Positions 48,988 through 61,874 are shown, counted from the first letter of the stretch. The stretch: DNA of 64,000 nt from Candidatus Eiseniibacteriota bacterium (GCA_044223005.1 JBGAML010000019.1:1-64000), one strand, 5' to 3'. Made by a program: numbers and translations. The notes: generated from the letters alone by a model not told the origin.

Positions 48988-51660
48988 ATGCGCCTCGCCC
49001 TTCGGCATTCGTTCCGGTCTGTGCTGGTCACCGGCCTGCTCGCAGCCGTTCCGGGATCCGCCGGGGCGGCGGCGAAGAGTCCGATCGACCTGCCGGTCTT
49101 CGCGCGCATCGATCGCCAGTACCAGTCCGGCGCGGTGGCCGCGGGTCTGGGCCGGGCGGACACCGTGTTGACGGCGGCGAGGGCCGCGCGCGATGCGCGG
49201 CTCGAATCGGCGGCGCTCGTCTACCGCGCGATCGGGCTCAACTGGAGCCGGGACTACCGCGGTGCGCTCGCACTGGTCGACGCCCGCATGCCGACCCTGC
49301 GCGCGCAGCGCGACGGCGGTGTGCTGGCGACGGCGCAGCTCACCCGAGGCTACGCGCTGGACCTGCTCGGGCGCCCCGACGAAGCGGCGACGGCGTTCAC
49401 ACGCGCGGCCACGCTCGCTGCGGCCGCCGGGCGCGAGCGGGAAGTTGCGTACGCGCGGCTGCGCCTGGGTTTCCACTGGCTGCAGATGGGGCGGGCTTCC
49501 GACGCTGCCCGGGAGTACCGGTTCGCATTGGCGGCCGCCACGGCCCCGGCACTCGCGGGGGTCTCCGCGACCGCACACGTCGGGCTCGGCAACGCGCTCA
49601 GCGAACAGGGCGACGTGGCCGGCGCGCAGCGCGAATACTACGCGGCCATCAGCCGGTCGCGCGCGGCCGGCGATCTCGTCGACGAAGCGGATGCGCTCTT
49701 CAACCTGGGTACCCTGCAGTTCGTATCCGGGGACGAGTCGAAATGTCTTCCCCTCCTTCGGGGCGCGCGCGAACTCTATCGTCGATTGCGGCGCCCGGAA
49801 AAGCTGGTGAGCGCCGCGCGCACCCTGGCGATCGCGGAGCTCTCGCTGGGTCATGGGAACGTGGCGGATTCGCTGCTCGAGGCGACGCGGCGCGAGCTCG
49901 GGAACAACATCGACCCGGCATCGCGCGGGCGCCTGTTGGCGCAGCAGGGAGTCACGCGGCTCCAGCTGGGTCGCGTCTCGGAAGCCCGCGCCGCCGTCCG
50001 TCAGGCCCTTCGGTTCGCGGACTCGGCCTCGGTTTCGGTGCGGTGCGAGATCGCGTTCGCCGCGTCCAACGTCTTCGGGTCCAGCGGATCTCCGGATTCG
50101 GCCCTGGCGATCGTCGAGGCCCAGCTCGCGCTTCCGGAGGTTCAACGCTCGGGTCGGCCGAGGCGCCAGATGGAACTCGCGCGCGCGGGCGATCTCGCCG
50201 GACTCGGGCGCGTCAAGGAAAGCGCCGACGCGTTGCGAGCGTGCCTCGCGAGCGACGACGCGGTGGGGTTTCGGACGGTCGGAATGGCCGGCATCGCGGC
50301 CGCGCTCGGGCGGGTGCAGCGTACCCTCGGTCACCCCGACAGTGCGGCCACCTACTTCGAGATCGCCCTGGATCGCTGGGAGGCGGGACGCCAGACGGCG
50401 ACCGGGCCCGATTGGCGCGAGGCGCTCGATACCGAGGCGGTCGCGCTCGCGTTCGACTACGTCGGGCTGCTGCTGGCGGAACCGAGCTTCGGGACGCGAA
50501 CCGCGCGGGTCGGCCGGGCATTCGACGTCGTGCAGCGTTTTCGTTCGCGCGCGCTCATGGACCGGCGGACGGCGCGTGCGGGCCCCCGCGCCCCGATCGG
50601 TTGCGGGGAGTTCCGCCGGAAGACGCTGCGACCCGGCGAAGTCTTCCTGGAGATCCTGCACACAGCCGATTCCAGCTACGTGTTCGCGATCAGTCGCGAT
50701 TCGGTTTCCGCCTGGGGAGGGCCCGGGAGGAACGTGTTCTTCGACCGGATGCTCCGTCTTCGCGCGGCACTCGCGGGCGCGAACGGGCGCGACGTCCTGG
50801 TCGGCCTTTCCGCCGGCACCGAACTGGGACGGTCCCTGCTCGGGCCCGGTGCGCGACGGATCGCCCAAGCGCACACCGTGATCGTCAGCGCGGGTGGGTC
50901 CAACAACCTTCCCTGGGGCGCGCTCGTGCTTCCGGGGGAGACCGAGCCGCTGACGCAGGGCCACGTGATGTCGACATGCCCTTCGGCCACGCTGCTCGAC
51001 GAACTCCGGCACGATGCCGGGGCCGGCCGCGGCACGCTCGTCGCCGCCTGTGCGCACGATGCCGACGAGCGGTCTCTGCCGGGCGTCATCCGCGAGGCAC
51101 GCTCGATCGTCGGAGTGTGGTCCGGCGCACGGCTGATCCGCGATCGGCAGATCGGCGGGGGAGCGGGCCTGCTCGCGCGCGCGAGGGACGCGGACATCGT
51201 GCACATCGCGGCCCATGCGCGCTCCGACAACTACCAGGGCTGGACGCAAGCGCTGCTGGTGGGGGATCCGAACCGCGAATCGGACTGGCTGGATGCCATG
51301 GCCGTGGCGAAGTCACACACGCGCGCCCGGCTCTGCGTGCTTTCGGCGTGCGGCTCGATCGGTTCCAAATGGGGCGAGTCCGTTCATGGTCTCGCGGCCG
51401 CCTGGTTGATCGCCGGCGCTCGCTGTGTCGTCGCGACGCAATGGAGCATCGACGACGAGTCCACTCCCGAGCTCATGACCCGCTTCCACCGGGGAATGGC
51501 CGCGGGCCTGACGGCCGGCGAGGCCCTGCGCCGGGCGCAGGGCGAAATGCGAGCGATTCCGCGGTATGCTGGCCCGGCACACTGGGCGGGCGTCGTGTTG
51601 GTCGGCGACCCGGCCGTCCGGGTGGCTGCTCCGCGCGTGGCCGCGGCCGGCCGCCCCTGA
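48988..51660 (+). CDS. Exported TPR-CHAT (caspase-like) protease
   Basis: Signal peptide, TPR repeats, LPW.AL, VHIAAHA (His), VLSACGS (Cys), GAR.VVAT.W.IDD, HWAG. Confidence 0.88.
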   Translation: MRLALRHSFRSVLVTGLLAAVPGSAGAAAKSPIDLPVFARIDRQYQSGAVAAGLGRADTVLTAARAARDARLESAALVYRAIGLNWSRDYRGALALVDARMPTLRAQRDGGVLATAQLTRGYALDLLGRPDEAATAFTRAATLAAAAGREREVAYARLRLGFHWLQMGRASDAAREYRFALAAATAPALAGVSATAHVGLGNALSEQGDVAGAQREYYAAISRSRAAGDLVDEADALFNLGTLQFVSGDESKCLPLLRGARELYRRLRRPEKLVSAARTLAIAELSLGHGNVADSLLEATRRELGNNIDPASRGRLLAQQGVTRLQLGRVSEARAAVRQALRFADSASVSVRCEIAFAASNVFGSSGSPDSALAIVEAQLALPEVQRSGRPRRQMELARAGDLAGLGRVKESADALRACLASDDAVGFRTVGMAGIAAALGRVQRTLGHPDSAATYFEIALDRWEAGRQTATGPDWREALDTEAVALAFDYVGLLLAEPSFGTRTARVGRAFDVVQRFRSRALMDRRTARAGPRAPIGCGEFRRKTLRPGEVFLEILHTADSSYVFAISRDSVSAWGGPGRNVFFDRMLRLRAALAGANGRDVLVGLSAGTELGRSLLGPGARRIAQAHTVIVSAGGSNNLPWGALVLPGETEPLTQGHVMSTCPSATLLDELRHDAGAGRGTLVAACAHDADERSLPGVIREARSIVGVWSGARLIRDRQIGGGAGLLARARDADIVHIAAHARSDNYQGWTQALLVGDPNRESDWLDAMAVAKSHTRARLCVLSACGSIGSKWGESVHGLAAAWLIAGARCVVATQWSIDDESTPELMTRFHRGMAAGLTAGEALRRAQGEMRAIPRYAGPAHWAGVVLVGDPAVRVAAPRVAAAGRP

Positions 51661-51702
51661 GATTCGTCCTGCCCCGTGACGCGGGCGCCTTCCGGGGATT
51701 CC

Positions 51703-52308
51703 ATGGTCGAGAGCACGCCGAACGGGGAAGTCCCGGACGAGGAACTGGTCGCCCAGTTCCAGGCCGACCCGCGCGGGGTGCGAGGTCTCGGGGCGCTCGA
51801 CCGGCTGGTCGAGCGCTGGCGGGGCCGGGTGTACCTGTGGGCGTACCGCACGCTCGGGGAACGGGAGGCGTCGCTCGACGCGGCGCAGGATGCGCTGCTG
51901 CAGATGATGCAGGCGCTGCCGCGTTACCAGTCGCAGGGCCGGTTCTCGGCCTGGCTCTTCACGATCGTGCGCAACCGCTGCCTGAAGAGCGTGCGCCGGC
52001 GGAAGCTGGTTCGTGATCCGGAAGTCGACTTGGATTCGCTGCTCGCCGACGCCAAGGCCCCGGACGACGCGCTCGAGACGGATCGCGAACGCGAGCGGCT
52101 GTTCCGCCTCATGAACGAGGTGCTCGAACCCACGGAGCGAGCGGCGGTCTGGATGCGCGCCTTCGAGGAGGTCAGCGTGGAAGACATCACGAAGATGCTC
52201 GACATCGCCGGCGCATCGGGAGCGCGCGGCGTCCTGCAGTCCGCGCGCCGCAAGCTGCGCGCGGCGTTCGCGCGCACGGACGAAGCCCCGCCCGGGAGGA
52301 GCGCATGA
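51703..52308 (+). CDS. ECF sigma factor
   Basis: DEELV, DAAQD, FSAWLFTIVRNRCL, region 4 ARRKLR. Confidence 0.9.
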   Translation: MVESTPNGEVPDEELVAQFQADPRGVRGLGALDRLVERWRGRVYLWAYRTLGEREASLDAAQDALLQMMQALPRYQSQGRFSAWLFTIVRNRCLKSVRRRKLVRDPEVDLDSLLADAKAPDDALETDRERERLFRLMNEVLEPTERAAVWMRAFEEVSVEDITKMLDIAGASGARGVLQSARRKLRAAFARTDEAPPGRSA

Positions 52309-52973
52309 GCCCCGAGCCCTGGACTCCCGAGGAGTTCGCACGCCTGATGGCGCTGCCCGAGGGCCACCCCGAGCGCGAACGCGCGAAGGCCTCGCCCGCG
52401 TTCGAGGCGTGGTGCCGCATGCACGAGGTGTTCTCCGCGCCCACGCCCACCGCGGCCGAAACCGCCGAACTCGCGGCCACCGACGCGGAGCTCGCGCGCC
52501 GGCTCGCCGCGGCGCGCCCGGCGCCGGCGGAGGTGCGATCGCTCGTGCGCGAACGCGCGGCCCGGCGCGGGTGGGACGCGCCGGCGATTCGTTTCGCCGT
52601 CGCGGCCGCGCTCCTGGTGGTCGTCGGCACCACCGCCTGGCTCGGAACGCAAGGGCCCGGCGATCGCCGCCTGCGCGGCGACGGCCAGCAGCCGGGTGCG
52701 TTCGAACTGGCGGTCCCGCGCCTCACTTCCGAGGGCGAAGTCCTGGAGTGGGCCCCGTCCGCCAGGGCCGAGAGCTACCGCATCGTCTTCTACGGTCACG
52801 CACTCGAGGAGATCGCCCACGTGGACGTCGCGAGCGGCACGCGTTACGTCCTGCGCCCGGGTGCGCTCGTGCCGGGCCTGGTCGCGGGGGACACCGTGCG
52901 AGCGGTCGTGCAGGCCGTGCATGCGGAGGCGGTGCTCGAGACGAGCCCGATGCGCGAGTTGCGCGTCCCCTGA
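52305..52973 (+). CDS. Putative single-pass anti-sigma factor
   Basis: 4-bp overlap with the sigma gene; degenerate N-terminal helical domain, one TM helix (FAVAAALLVVVG), LRG, then a beta-rich domain (LEW...A.SY.I). Confidence 0.65.
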   Translation: MSPEPWTPEEFARLMALPEGHPERERAKASPAFEAWCRMHEVFSAPTPTAAETAELAATDAELARRLAAARPAPAEVRSLVRERAARRGWDAPAIRFAVAAALLVVVGTTAWLGTQGPGDRRLRGDGQQPGAFELAVPRLTSEGEVLEWAPSARAESYRIVFYGHALEEIAHVDVASGTRYVLRPGALVPGLVAGDTVRAVVQAVHAEAVLETSPMRELRVP

Positions 52974-53096
52974 CGTGGCGGCTGCGACCGCAACTCGCGG
53001 CGCGACGTCGGCGTATGTGATTCGCCGCCGCGCGGTGCGTTTCATGGAATGACGTCCCACGCACCCGTCGCGGGCCGCGACCCACCGGAGGCCACC

Positions 53097-53669
53097 ATGA
53101 AAAAATTGCTCACCCTGTTCGCACTCTTCACTCTCGCCGCGGCCGGACCGGTTCTCGCCCGGCCCGTCGCCCCCGGCGGGCACGAGATCCTGCGGCTCGC
53201 ACGGTCGGCGATCGTGGTGCCCGCGCAGTGGGACGGAATCTGGACGACCCTGGATTCGACCTACACGTGCGAGGGCGCATTCGACGAGACGAGCACCGGC
53301 AGCGACACGATCTGCGGGGGCAAGGACTACGACTACGGCGCCGCCGACACCGGGTTCACGCTCAACTGCACCGGCAGTGCGACCGCGACGACGTTCGACA
53401 TGACGTGTTCGGGTTCGGGAAACGTGTTCACCGACTGCGATGCGAACTACCAGATGGTCGTGCACGGCACGTTGTCGGGCAGCTCGTACCATGTCGTGAG
53501 CACCTTCTCGATATCGTACGTCGGCACGGGAACGGGTTGCGAGTTCCTGCCCGCCACCTGCTTCCAGACCAACAGCTGGGGGACGCGGGTCGCTCCTGCT
53601 CCACCGAGCTATTGCGCGACACCGGTCCGGAGTTCGACCTGGGGCCAGCTCAAGTCGATCTACCGTTGA
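53097..53669 (+). CDS. Secreted Cys/Thr-rich protein with C-terminal TWGxLKxxYR motif
   Basis: MKKLLTLFALFTL signal peptide, 8 Cys, ends ATPVRSSTWGQLKSIYR. Confidence 0.85.
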   Translation: MKKLLTLFALFTLAAAGPVLARPVAPGGHEILRLARSAIVVPAQWDGIWTTLDSTYTCEGAFDETSTGSDTICGGKDYDYGAADTGFTLNCTGSATATTFDMTCSGSGNVFTDCDANYQMVVHGTLSGSSYHVVSTFSISYVGTGTGCEFLPATCFQTNSWGTRVAPAPPSYCATPVRSSTWGQLKSIYR

Positions 53670-53693
53670 GTCGCCGGGGGGCGTCGGAATAGA

Positions 53694-53722
53694 GAAGGCG
53701 GGCCGCGTCGCGGCCCGCCTTC
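53694..53722 (+). terminator. Hairpin terminator
   Basis: GAAGGCGGGCCGCG-t-CGCGGCCCGCCTTC. Confidence 0.7.
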
Positions 53723-54014
53723 ATCGTTGACCGCCGCGTGCCGTTCCGTCGCGGGCGGCCCGCTGTCGCGTGCCATCGTGTCGCACCACGCGATCGGCGG
53801 CGCGATCTGATCCTCACGCATCGCGCCAATGCGTTGTGTTCGAACGCGGGTTCTCGCGACGACGCCCCCGCGGGCGTGGCACGACGATTGCCCCCGCGTT
53901 CGCGGCCGCGATCCCCTCCGCACACCGGCGCTCCCTCCCGGACACTCGATCCGCATCGGCTCGCGAGAGCCGTGACGCGTTACGTGCATGCCGCGTGCAC
54001 GGCAGGGATGCCTC

Positions 54015-54683
54015 ATGCCTCGACTTCACCGTTCCCGCGCCGCGGCGCTCGGCCCCGCGCTCGCGCTCGGATGCGCGCTGCTCGCACCCCATGTGTCCCG
54101 TGCCGGAGCCATGCTCTACTGGACTGCGCCCGGCGACGACGGCAGTCTCGGTACCGCCGCGCGCTACGACATCCGGCGCTCGACGCAGCCGCTCACGGCG
54201 GCGAACTTCGCCCTCGGCGACACGGTCGCCGGCGTGCCCGCGCCTGCGGTCGCCGGGACGGCCCAGTCCTGCGCGGTCGCGCTGCCGTCGCCGGGCGTCA
54301 CCTACTACTTCGCGATGCGGACGGTCGACGAGTGCGGAAACTGGTCCGTCCTCTCGAACGTCGTTTCGCGTTCGAGCGGGACGGCGGGCGTCGACGCCAG
54401 TCCGCTCGCGGGCGCTCGGTTCGACCCGCCGTGGCCGAATCCCGCGGCCGGCGTGGTGCGCCTGCCGTTCGCGCTGTCCGCCACCGGTGACGTGCGCATG
54501 GAGATCTTCGATGCCGCCGGGCGCCGGGTCCGCGTGCTGCGATCGCAGCGCGCGCTCGCGGGCGCAGGCGAGATCACGTGGGACCGTCGCGATGCCCGCG
54601 GCGTACCCGTCGCCCGCGGCACGTACTTCGTGCGGGCCGATCTCGGTGGCGAGTTCCGCGTCCGGCCGGTCACGGTGAACTGA
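54015..54683 (+). CDS. Secreted FN3-like + FlgD-Ig/T9SS-like tail protein
   Basis: WTAPGDDG..GTA..YDIR, TYYFA....DE.GNWS.LSN; tail WPNP..IFD..GRRVR..WD..D..G..V..GTYF. Confidence 0.85.
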   Translation: MPRLHRSRAAALGPALALGCALLAPHVSRAGAMLYWTAPGDDGSLGTAARYDIRRSTQPLTAANFALGDTVAGVPAPAVAGTAQSCAVALPSPGVTYYFAMRTVDECGNWSVLSNVVSRSSGTAGVDASPLAGARFDPPWPNPAAGVVRLPFALSATGDVRMEIFDAAGRRVRVLRSQRALAGAGEITWDRRDARGVPVARGTYFVRADLGGEFRVRPVTVN

Positions 54684-54787
54684 CCGGCGGACCATTCCGA
54701 TCGCGGGATTGCGGGGAGGCGCGGCGGTCACGATTCCGCACCCGGCCGCGCTTGCGGCCGGGACGGCACTCGCGCAGATTCGCGCGC

Positions 54788-55249
54788 ATGGCCATCCACA
54801 TCCGTCCCGACGACCTCAGCGGCACCGCCGTCCGCCAGTTGCTCGCGCAGCACCTGCAGGGCATGACCCTGCACTCGCCGCCGGAGAGCATCCACGCACT
54901 CGACGTGGAAGGACTGCGGCACCCGAGCGTGACCTTCTGGTCGGCGTGGGACGGCGAGGAACTCCTGGGCTGCGGCGCGCTCAAGGAACTGGATCCGACC
55001 CACGCGGAGATCAAGTCCATGCGCACCTCGCCCGCGCACCTGCGCCAGGGGGTCGCGCGCGCCATGCTCGAGCACATCCTCGCCGAGGCCGCGCGGCGCG
55101 GCTACGGCCGCATCAGCCTCGAGACGGGCTCCGCCGCGGCCTTCGAGCCCGCGCGGCGACTGTACGCCGCGTTCGGCTTCGCGCCCTGTGGCCCGTTTCC
55201 GCCCTACGTCGAGGACCCCTACAGCGTGTTCATGACCCGGGTGCCCTGA
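54788..55249 (+). CDS. GNAT N-acetyltransferase (YedL-like)
   Basis: SPPESIHALD, GCGALKEL, EIKSMRT, RQGVA, SLETG. Confidence 0.9.
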   Translation: MAIHIRPDDLSGTAVRQLLAQHLQGMTLHSPPESIHALDVEGLRHPSVTFWSAWDGEELLGCGALKELDPTHAEIKSMRTSPAHLRQGVARAMLEHILAEAARRGYGRISLETGSAAAFEPARRLYAAFGFAPCGPFPPYVEDPYSVFMTRVP

Positions 55250-55294
55250 CGTCCGAGTGCGTCGCCCGGCGGTGCCCGGGTGGCGTCCGGCGAA

Positions 55295-55319
55295 GAACTT
55301 TCGCTTCACGGTAAGCGTT
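55295..55319 (+). promoter_or_regulatory. Putative ECF autoregulatory promoter
   Basis: GAACTT...CGTT (AAC-N17-CGT), about 50 bp upstream of the ECF sigma ATG. Confidence 0.55.
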
Positions 55320-55370
55320 TCGGCCCCTAGGCTCGACCTGTACGGTGAGCCGGGAGAATCGAAGGGGCCG

Positions 55371-55958
55371 ATGCCGAACGATCTCCACACCGACCGAGAG
55401 TTGAGCGAACGGGCCAGGAACGGGGACGCCGCCGCCTGGCGAACGATCTACGAGTCCACCTGCGACCGCCTGTTCGCCTTCCTCTGCTGGCAGGTCGGGG
55501 ACCGCGACGACGCGAAGGACATCCTGCAGGAGACCTACCTGCAGGCGTTCCGCAAGCTCGCGACGTATCGCGGTGAAGCGCCGCTCGAGGTGTGGCTGCG
55601 CGCCATCGCCCTCGGGCGCTCGATCGATTGGAAGCGCGTCTTCCTCCGCCGGATCAAGCGGACCGTGCCGCTCGACGAGACGAGCGCCCGCGTGGAAGCC
55701 GGCGGCGACGACGTGCGATTCGAGTCCGAGGAGGGCGCGCTGCGCCGTGCCCTCGCGAAGCTCTCCCACCACCAGCGCGCGGCGCTGCTGATGCGCGAGT
55801 GGGAGGGACGCAGCTTCCAGGAGATCGCGGCGCTGCTCGCCTGCGCCGAGAGCACCGCCCGAGTCCACCACACGCGTGCACGCGAACACATGCGCGCGCT
55901 CCTCGACGGCGCCGAAGGCGCCCGGGTGTCGCGCGACTGGGAAGGACAGCAGACATGA
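55371..55958 (+). CDS. ECF sigma factor
   Basis: GDAAAW, DILQETY, YRGEA...WL, EGRSFQEIA.LL...ESTAR. Confidence 0.92.
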   Translation: MPNDLHTDRELSERARNGDAAAWRTIYESTCDRLFAFLCWQVGDRDDAKDILQETYLQAFRKLATYRGEAPLEVWLRAIALGRSIDWKRVFLRRIKRTVPLDETSARVEAGGDDVRFESEEGALRRALAKLSHHQRAALLMREWEGRSFQEIAALLACAESTARVHHTRAREHMRALLDGAEGARVSRDWEGQQT

Positions 55959-58459
55959 AGACGATCTTCGATCGGCACGTGCAGCAGATGACGACGACGG
56001 AACGCGGCGAGATCTGGTCGCGCGTCGCGAACGCCTCGCGCGCGGCGGAACGCGCGCATGCCCTGCGGACCTGGGGGCTGGCCGGGGCGTTCGCGACGGC
56101 GGCGCTGGTGGCGGTGGTCGCGTTCGGTGTCGGGCGCCGGGACGCGCTCGCGCCACGGGGGGACGCGACCCCGCCCGCGCCGCGGCTCGCGGAGAACGTG
56201 CGCCGCGAGGCGCCGGTGACGACCGGCCCGAAGGGCGGAGCGGTGACGGCGCCGGTGCCCGCCGGCGCGGCCGCGATGAAGCGTGCACCGGGCGTCGCGG
56301 CGCACGCGAGCGCGCGGGCCACCGCCGAATCGATCGGCGCTGCCTTTCCCGCGACGCCCGCACTCGCGCTGCGGCCCGTCGAGCCTTCGCCGGCGGGCGG
56401 CGCGACTCCGGTGCCCGCGGGGCTACTGCGAGCTCCTGCGCCCGGGACCGGAGCCATCGCCGGGCGCGTCGTGGATGAGCGGCACCGGCCGGTCGGCTAC
56501 GCGAACGTCCTCATTCCGGGGCAGAAGCTGGGCGCGATGACGGACGCGGAGGGTTTCTACCGCATCGACCACGTGTCGGCGGCGAAGGTCGCCCCCCGGG
56601 CTCACGTCATCGGGTACGCCCCCGTGACGGCGGACAGCGTCGAAGTGCGAGCCGACCAGGTCGCGGTCGTCGACCTCCGGATGGGCGCACCGCTCACCGT
56701 GCGGACTGTCGAAGAGATTGAGGTCGGCGCGCGGCGCACGATCGACACGAAGTCTTCGACCACGAAGCAGAGCATCTCGTCCGAGCGCCTGCGCGAGATC
56801 CCCGTCGACAACCTGAGCCAGGCGGTGGGCAACAAGGCGGGCGTCGTCGTGCAGGGCGGCGAACTGCACTTCCGCGGCGGACGGGGCGGCGAGGTGAAGT
56901 ACCTCTACGACGGCAAGCCGGCCCGGCCGCCGGTCGTGCCGACCACGGGCGGGACGAAGCTGCCCAACGACGAGGCGTTCGACTCGATGTTCTTCCGCAC
57001 CTACGGCGTCAACCCGTTCGTCGCGACGGACGAGGACGCGCTTTCCACGTTCGCGGTCGACGTCGACAACGGCTCCTACACCCTCGTGCGCCGCTACCTC
57101 GAACTCGGCGAGCTGCCGCCCGCGGACGCGGTGCGGGTGGAGGAGTGCGTCAACTTCTTCACCCAGGGGTATCCGCGCCCGGCGAACGACGATTTCGGCA
57201 TCACCGTCGACGGCGCGCCCGCGCCGTTCGGTCCGGGTTGCCAGCTGCTGCGCGTCGGCCTGCACGGCCGCGACGTGGCCGGGTCCGAACACCGGCCGGC
57301 GCAGCTCACGTTCGTGATCGACGTATCGGGATCGATGGCGCGCGAGGATCGGCTGGGACTCGTGAAGCAGGCGCTGCGCCTGCTCGTCGCCGAACTGCAT
57401 GCCGACGATCAGGTGGGCATCGTGGTGTTCGGCACCAGCGCGCGCGTGCTGCTCGAGCCCGAAGCGCTCGGTGGCGAGTCGGCGGTGCCGCGGGACATGC
57501 GATTCCGCTGGGACGAGCGAATCGACTGGCGTGGACCCGCGTCGCAGGCGGGGCGGGAGCACGTGCTGGAGGCGATCGAACGCCTGCAGCCCGAGGGCAG
57601 CACGAACACCGAGGAAGGACTGCGCCTCGCCTACGAGATGGCGCGCCGCGCGTACCGCCCGAACGCGGTCAACCGCATCCTGCTCTGCTCCGACGGTGTC
57701 GCCAACGTCGGGCACACGGGACCGGAGTCGATCCTCGCGAGTGTGCGCCGGCCCTCCGATCGCGGCATCCACCTGAGCACGATCGGATTCGGCATGGGCA
57801 ACTACAACGACGCGCTCATGGAACAGCTCGCCGACCAGGGCGACGGCGCCCACTACTACGTGGACGACCTGCGGGAAGCGAAGCGAGTGCTGGTCGAGAA
57901 CCTCACCGGCACACTGCAGGCGATCGCCCGCGACGCGAAGGTCCAGGTGGAGTTCGACTCCACGCGCGTGCTCCGCTGGCGACTGCTCGGCTTCGAGAAC
58001 CGCGACGTGGCCGATCGCGACTTCCGCAACGACAAGGTCGACGCGGGCGAGATCGGCTCGGGGCACGAGGTGACTGCGCTCTACGAGGTGAAGCTCGTTC
58101 CGAACGCTCCTCCGGGTCCGCTCGGAACGGTGCGGCTGCGTTGGGCGCGGCCCGAGTCGGAGGGTGCGGGCGCTCCGTACGTGCGCGAGATCGCGCGCGT
58201 CTTCACCGCGGCGGATCTGGCGGCGCGGTTCGAGAGCGCCCCGGCCCGGTTCCGCCTCGATGCGGCCGTGGCGGAGTACGCCGAGATCCTGCGCGGCAGC
58301 TACTGGGCCCGCGAGGAGCGGATGGAGGACGTGCTGCCGATCGCCCGGCTCGCCGCGCACGAACTGCACGACGCCGCGGCGGCGGAGTTCGTGACGCTCG
58401 TCGAGAGGGCCACGGGCCTCCGCGCGCGCGCGAAGGCCACGGGAGCGCCGGGGCGCTGA
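55955..58459 (+). CDS. Membrane-anchored YfbK-type vWA protein with carboxypeptidase-regulatory-like and TonB-plug-like segments
   Basis: TM helix, G.I.GRV.D..ANV..TD..G.Y, plug-like LHFRGGR..EV.Y.YDG, STFAVDVDNGSY, MIDAS DVSGS, SDG.ANVG, DUF3520-like FENR...DF.ND.VDAGEIG. Confidence 0.85.
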   Translation: MKTIFDRHVQQMTTTERGEIWSRVANASRAAERAHALRTWGLAGAFATAALVAVVAFGVGRRDALAPRGDATPPAPRLAENVRREAPVTTGPKGGAVTAPVPAGAAAMKRAPGVAAHASARATAESIGAAFPATPALALRPVEPSPAGGATPVPAGLLRAPAPGTGAIAGRVVDERHRPVGYANVLIPGQKLGAMTDAEGFYRIDHVSAAKVAPRAHVIGYAPVTADSVEVRADQVAVVDLRMGAPLTVRTVEEIEVGARRTIDTKSSTTKQSISSERLREIPVDNLSQAVGNKAGVVVQGGELHFRGGRGGEVKYLYDGKPARPPVVPTTGGTKLPNDEAFDSMFFRTYGVNPFVATDEDALSTFAVDVDNGSYTLVRRYLELGELPPADAVRVEECVNFFTQGYPRPANDDFGITVDGAPAPFGPGCQLLRVGLHGRDVAGSEHRPAQLTFVIDVSGSMAREDRLGLVKQALRLLVAELHADDQVGIVVFGTSARVLLEPEALGGESAVPRDMRFRWDERIDWRGPASQAGREHVLEAIERLQPEGSTNTEEGLRLAYEMARRAYRPNAVNRILLCSDGVANVGHTGPESILASVRRPSDRGIHLSTIGFGMGNYNDALMEQLADQGDGAHYYVDDLREAKRVLVENLTGTLQAIARDAKVQVEFDSTRVLRWRLLGFENRDVADRDFRNDKVDAGEIGSGHEVTALYEVKLVPNAPPGPLGTVRLRWARPESEGAGAPYVREIARVFTAADLAARFESAPARFRLDAAVAEYAEILRGSYWAREERMEDVLPIARLAAHELHDAAAAEFVTLVERATGLRARAKATGAPGR

Positions 58460-58652
58460 CACGCACCGCGCGGCGCCCGGCGACGGGCGCCGCGCGGACC
58501 GGTGGGCGAGCGATCTTCCGGCGACGCGGATTCGGGGTGGCGCTCGGAGCGCGGATGCGTAGACTGCGTTCGCGCTCACCCCGGGGCCCCACGCCGGTGG
58601 GGAACGGGACCGGGCGCGCCGTTCCGCATCCGCCCGCGCCGTCGGAGGCCGC

Positions 58653-61316
<2,664 letters not shown>

Positions 61317-61364
61317 GCGCGGAGCGGGAACCCTCCGCGCCGCGCTCGCGCCGCCCGCGAGTCC

Positions 61365-61874
61365 TCAGCTCGTCTTCGCGAGTTCCGCCAGCAACGCCGA
61401 AAGCTGCTCCAGCGTTTCGCGCATGCCGCGCTCCATGCCCGACGCGAGGACGCCATCGAGCACGGCCTTGGACGGGTAGAGCTCGTTCGAGACGAACCGG
61501 GTCTCGCCGCCGTGTTCCTCCAGCACCGTCGTGATGAGGCCTTCGCCGGCCTCGGGCATCGGTTCGAAGACCTGCGTGTAGACGAGCCGCCGCGGACGGT
61601 CGACCTCGCGGTAGATCCCGTTGAAGGCCATGGCCGGCTTGCCACCCTTGCCGAACACCCAGCGATAGGCGCCGCCCACGCGCAGGTCGATCGTGACGTC
61701 GAGGAGCTCCACGCCGAGCGCGCGCGGTGCCCACCAGCGCCGCATCAACTCGGGGCGGGTGAGGCAGTCGAAGACGAGTTCGGCCTTCGCTCGGAAGGTT
61801 CGCCGGATCACGAGTTCGCGATCCGAAGCACGGTCCATCTGCGTCGTGTAGTCAGCGGCGTCGTTTGCGGACAT
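61365..61874 (-). CDS. SRPBCC/AHSA1 family protein
   Basis: DRELVI.R.F, IDLRVGG.Y, G.Y.EV..P.RLVYT, SGME.G. Confidence 0.88.
   Translation of the reverse strand: MSANDAADYTTQMDRASDRELVIRRTFRAKAELVFDCLTRPELMRRWWAPRALGVELLDVTIDLRVGGAYRWVFGKGGKPAMAFNGIYREVDRPRRLVYTQVFEPMPEAGEGLITTVLEEHGGETRFVSNELYPSKAVLDGVLASGMERGMRETLEQLSALLAELAKTS

Noticed and set aside
48988..52973. Type III-E CRISPR (Craspase) locus
   Set aside because: There is no Cas7-11, other cas gene or repeat-spacer array in the window, and the CHAT protein has a signal peptide.
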